Shown here: piece by piece, positions 59,113-64,000 of the stretch
How positions within the stretch are numbered: position 1 is the first letter of the stretch
Layout: each line of letters begins with the position of its first letter
Assembly (NCBI GenBank): GCA_048013815.1
Contig: CM106586.1
Location: forward strand, 11,904,001-11,968,000
Direction of reading: 5' to 3'
DNA from: Setoptus koraiensis
Taxonomy: Eukaryota; Animalia; Arthropoda
Length of the DNA: 64,000 nt
The notes under the pieces: generated by a model
The model's input: the letters and a program-made list of their open reading frames with translations, nothing else
Database searches by the model: none
What the model was told of the DNA's origin: nothing
Position numbers and translations under genes: made by a program

Positions 59113-61224
59113 AGACGCCACTGTCGCCGACAAGTGCAACAACTAGACGCAATGGACTATAGATAAGCTAATTATATTATATATGAATGTTATATGTAAG
59201 CTAAATGTATACAAATATTACGATAACTATTAATTGTTGTGAAATAACAAATAAACTTAGACGAGCTGTAATAGCTGAGACGAGACAAGACAATCGGCCC
59301 GTTGTGTGTGTGTCAGCAGTTTACTTGTTGGTCGGATTTGGCAACATTCGGCAACCTATAAGATTTGCAATGTGCGGCCGCGTTTGTCAAGCGGGTCGGT
59401 CAAGTGTCAACTGGGCCGGTCAGCTGTCAAACGGGTCGGCCAACTGTCAAATGGGTCCGTCTATAGATGCACCGTCGGAGACTGTCGGTGTTTGTTTAGC
59501 GGCGCACTGGCTAGGCGGCGCTTGAGCGACTCGGGCACTTGACTCGACTTGATTGGCCGCGTTCACTTGACGCGTTCAACTTGACGCGTCGGCAATAACG
59601 GTCTGGCGGTTGTTTGGCGGCGGCGGCCGCGGCCGCGACAACAACGTGCGTGACATTGTCTTGGGTGCTGCGCAAACTGTCTATTAAACCGGTCAGCTGC
59701 TGGCCGGAGCGACACCGCTGGCCAAGTGTCAATTGGCCAGTGATTTGATTAGTGTCAGTTGGCAGTTGATTTGGCTTTGTCGTTGGCTGTGTCGCCTGTC
59801 GGCGGGCGCATCGCTCATCGCGCCTCGCGGCAACAACGGCAACCGTTGTCGGCCAGCCAACGGCGGCAGCAGCAACGACAGCAGCAGCAACTGTTCGGGG
59901 CAACTGCAAACAACGCGCAAACGGCCCAACAACAACCAGTGGCCAGAGTGGCCAGTGGCCAGTGGCCAGAGCGAGCAGCGGCCACTGAGAGTGACACTCT
60001 GGCCAGAGACCGTTTGACAGCGGCTGGACAGTTTATATAAGTTGGCCGGAGTGGCCCCGTGCAAGCGCGGCGCGCAAGTGCAAATATCACACAACAGCAA
60101 CGACAACAAAGTCTATAATAATGATAATGATAATAAACAAGACGCTGCAAAAGTCATCAACGTTTGACGCGCTGACCAGTGGCCAGTGGCCAAACGACCA
60201 GTGGCCACAATCAACAAGTGAAGCGAGCCTTTTATTGGGCCCGCACAAAACGTACAACAGTTTGCATTATGTCGATGATGGACAAAAGTTGTGTCGTGTC
60301 GTGTCGTCCTGTTGACCATGAGCGCCGCTTGCTTGCGAGTTGTTGCCATACATTGACCATATATTGACCGTATATTGAATACGTCCAGTCGGCGCTGCCA
60401 GCAACCACAACCAGCCAACAACCAGCCAACAACCGGCCAACAACCAGCCAACAACCACGCCAACAATCACGCCAGCACCAGCAGCAACGCCAACAACAAC
60501 AGCAGCGCCAACAGCCGCAACAACGGCAGCCACAACGACAACGGCCGGGGAGAAAACAAACAATAATTAAAATCTGCCAGCCCGGCTCACTGGCTCACTG
60601 GCTAAAAAGTGGCCAAAAAGTGGCCAAAACGCACTAAAACAAGAGCTAAAAGCTAGATATAAAACAACAACAAGTAGCACTTGTCTGTTTGCGTCTCGTT
60701 GGCCACTCTCTCCCTCTATTTATCTGCGCGCCAGCATCTTTATCCTTATCTGGCTGAATTATATCGCTTTACTTCACGCGTTTTATATGCAAATTATCTC
60801 ATTTCGTCTCGTCATGGCGTCATCTCGTCACCGTGGTCTCGTTGTGCGCACGAGCTGCGTGTTGTGTAATGGCTTTTCGCCTCTGTGTAAAGTGCTTCTG
60901 TTTGCCGTACCGGCCGGCCGGCTGGCCGGCCGAGCTTCTCTGGTCAGTCCGATATTTCGGTCAGTTAGTATTTTTGGTCAGTTAGTATTTTTGGTCAGTT
61001 GTGTGGGTCTCGCTGGCGTATGGGCGCACAAAACTTGCTGCTAATCGCCGCTAGAGGCACTCACAGTGGATAGCCAGCGGTCTAATTAACGAGATTGCAG
61101 ACTGGCGCAGTTAATGACTGCGCCACGACATCACAGCGGCCAGCCTTGGGCAACCTTGAGCAGGCGAGCCAGCGGTCAGTTTCTGGCCACACTAACCGCC
61201 ACTGGCCGGCCTATAATGGGTCGT

Positions 61225-61320
61225 ATAGTCGGTATGGTCGGTTGTAGTCGGTTGTGGTCGGTTGTAGTCGGTTGCAGTTGGTTGTAGTTGGTTGTAGTTG
61301 GTTGTAGTTGGTTGCAGTGG
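61225..61320. repeat. 10-bp tandem repeat (GTCGGTTGTA / GTTGGTTGTA)
   Basis: About 9 units; related to the array at 30320. Confidence 0.85.
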
Positions 61321-62337
61321 CCCGATAGTGGTACAGATCTAACAAGTGACCAACAACAACAGCAACACCAACAACAATCGCCAGTCGCTGTTAGCTGAGC
61401 CCGGACTAAATCAACAACAACGAGCACTAAATTAACAATAGTTATATATATCCATCTATACAACAGTTGCAGTTTTGGCTGGCGCTGTCGTTGATGCTCT
61501 CGCTCGTCCTGGTCTGATTATTATTTTGATTTTGTGTGTGTGTGTGTGTGTATTATAATAATAATTACTTATCTTATCTTATTATCCTGTCCTCTGTGTC
61601 CACAGATCGGCTGTTGTGTGCTGGCCACAAACACTCAATTTGAGCACTCGACCAACAACAACAACAACAACAGCAACGCCAGCACCCTATCACAGTTGAC
61701 CGGTTACTTGTCAGTGGACTCGTCTGGTCGGTCGACCGTTTGGCCGCAGTTGGTCTCAGTTGGCCCAATTCAATCCGCTTCGGTCCGGTCCGGCCCGGCC
61801 CGGTCCAGTCCGGTCAAGCGATAATAAGCGATAATAAAACTACACGAGAACCAGCTATTGTTATGCCATTGTCTCAACTAACTTTAGTTTAGTTAGTTTA
61901 GTAACAGTGAGTGAGCGCAACTGTTGTGGCCAAAACTCATAACTAAAAGTCAACACTCTATAAAACAACAAAAACCAAAACTTGATCGCTGTCGCTGTCG
62001 TCATTATCGCTCACTCGTGGCTACTTTTGCATCGTTTGCCTAATTATAAATAATAAATTATAACTCTACCTTGTTGATCGAGCTGCTGCTGCAATTGATC
62101 CAATTGGCCAATTACAGCACGTGCAATTACTTTGCGACGTCGCTCAATATTATTTATGTATTATTTATATATTATTTAGTTCATATGAGCTCGTGTCGGG
62201 GTAGCATCGCATGCAACAAGTGATTAGTTGCGTCGACTCGTCAGAGATGTCGCCATCGGAGAGACAACTCGACTCGCTGGTCAGTCACGCCAGCTAGCTT
62301 GCTTCAGTTTTGTCCAGTTTTGTCCGGTCTTGTCCAG

Positions 62338-62469
62338 TTTATGTTTGCACGTGAATATCCGAGCTCGAATGCGACCGCGACACAGAACAAAGCCGGTGGA
62401 TTGATCCAGATTCTGGACTCCAGGGGGCAGTTTGTGACGGCTCGATGCGACCAATTGGGACAGAAAAAA
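62338..62469 (+). CDS. Putative internal exon of an unidentified gene
   Basis: ttgtccag|...|gtatgc, 132 nt, phase 0-0, complex peptide FMFAREYPSSNATATQNKAGGLIQILDSRGQFVTARCDQLGQKK. Confidence 0.3.
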
Positions 62470-63199
62470 GTATGCACCAAAAAGGCTAATAATACGAAGT
62501 GAGCGGCGCCCTGGCGGCAACGTCCGCCAGTTACATTTGTGCAGCATTGGCGTGACAGGGCGGCCAAAGTAATGAGTTGTTGCAGATTTGAGTTGTTTTC
62601 TTCTTCTTTTTGGCCAACTGTAACTGTAAGTATAATAATAAATTGAATTGTTGCCGTTCGGCCCGGATTGGCATTGATATAAATTATTCTAATTTATACC
62701 AATTGGGCGTTCGAGGGCACGTTTATTGGTGATTGGCTTAGTTTGAGTCAATGACAAAATGGGCCAATCAATTTATGTTGGCAGCCCGTGCGAGACGAGC
62801 GGCCGAGTGCGGCCAATGACGAGGGCAGACGCAAAATTGTAATTATAATTATAAATATAAATTATCTGTTGTTGGCCGGCTAAAAAGTGTGTGTGTGTGT
62901 GTGTGCACTGGTCAGTTTGAGGTGCACAAAGAGTTGCCATTTGGAACCATTTCAAACTCTTTTATCTCTCATCTGTCGCTGGCCGCTTGTCCATCACGTT
63001 GCTGCCAACAGCTAATGATCAATTTAAGTGACACTTGACGCCACCAGCATAATTAGTACACTGACGGGCTGGCCACTTGGCGTCGGGCGTCAATTTGCGC
63101 TCAAATGGCATGGCTCCCGGCTCGCTGCTCCATTGGCCCTTATTATCCTATCTTGTCACCAAATCTCTTGTCGCAAAATGCTCGCTCTTTACCTGAGCC

Positions 63200-63262
63200 A
63201 CGGTCGCCGGTCGCCGGTCGCCGGTCGCGCCGGTCGCCGGTCGCCGGTCGCGCCGGTCGCCG
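63200..63262. repeat. 7-bp tandem repeat (GGTCGCC)
   Basis: cggtcgccggtcgccggtcgcc... with 2-nt insertions. Confidence 0.88.
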
Positions 63263-64000
63263 GCCAATTTGCGGGCCGTCGCCCAGTCGGCGCACAATTG
63301 GCCGGCGTTCGGGCCGCACATTGGCCAGAATGGGCTCGAATTGGCGCGCTATGATAAAAAACGAGCCAGGCCAAAATAACAAACATGCCAACGGTCGATA
63401 CTTTTGGCCCCATACGTGCACATCATACACGTGTATGTCATGTACGTATATATCATATATGTATGCATCGTTGAGCTGGCACCGAGTCTGTGGCCCGTGG
63501 CTAGCCGCTGTCCGTGAGAGTCCGCAAATTGGCGACTTTCCGAGCGCACTTATACAGTAAAAGTTATACTCGTACTTGCCAGCCAGACGAGCCTCTATAA
63601 TGCTTGACCAGGCACTCATTATGGCCACCTCAAATGGCACAGAACACGACAGATTGTGAGCGCGCGCGTGTGAACAGGAGCAGAAAGCTCGCGCGCCATC
63701 ACGAAAGCAAACGAAGCGAAACCGGCTCCACATCGGCCCGCTTCGGCTCTGCATCGGCTCCGCTTCGGCTCCACTCCGCTCCGGCCCGCACCAAACCGAA
63801 CCGGTCCGGCCTGACTCGGCTCGGTGCGGGCCCAGCAGTCGACCGTCCGAGCGAGCACAGGCCGTGCTGCGCAGCAACCGAGCGGCCAGCGCATGAGCGG
63901 CCGGCGCATGAGCGGCCAAAGCTGGTCAGCGCCAGAGTGGTCAGCGGCATGATATCGTCGATATCCCCAGCCTGGCGCTAGCGATACGATAGAGCGTAAT

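Noticed and set aside
63028-63981. Multiple overlapping 100-258-aa ORFs at the window end
   Set aside because: GC-rich short repeats suppress stop codons on both strands; no domain was recognised.

Overview
Eukaryotic DNA from a compact arthropod genome. A mite-like source is inferred from the lachesin, scratch and gustatory-receptor-like genes, the many intronless housekeeping genes and the CAA/CAG-rich spacers. From left to right: the 3' end of CHMP1; a tandem cluster of divergent gustatory-receptor-like (7TM ion channel) genes whose spliced C-terminus the ORF track misses; about 5 kb of probably noisy sequence and a 500-N gap; a TTAA-flanked MITE; ataxin-3 and lachesin, both apparently lacking their C-terminal tails; a 2.2-kb near-perfect palindrome built from gene fragments, abutting a 3.7-kb segmental duplicate of 36.0-39.8 kb; ACSS2 (8 exons); a WW-less Prp40; scratch; ECHDC1; an ORF fusing two ATP-synthase peripheral-stalk subunits (coupling factor 6 + subunit b); an orphan ORF; Nse4; RAD54L2; DCAF7; ANAPC2; a putative micro-exon gene; and a large low-complexity secreted Q/S/Y/G-rich protein within microsatellite-rich DNA. 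The strongest novelty candidates are the F6-b fusion, whose duplicate has only the F6 half destroyed, and the palindromic gene-fragment mosaic. All homology calls are by recognition of protein motifs; no database search was run.
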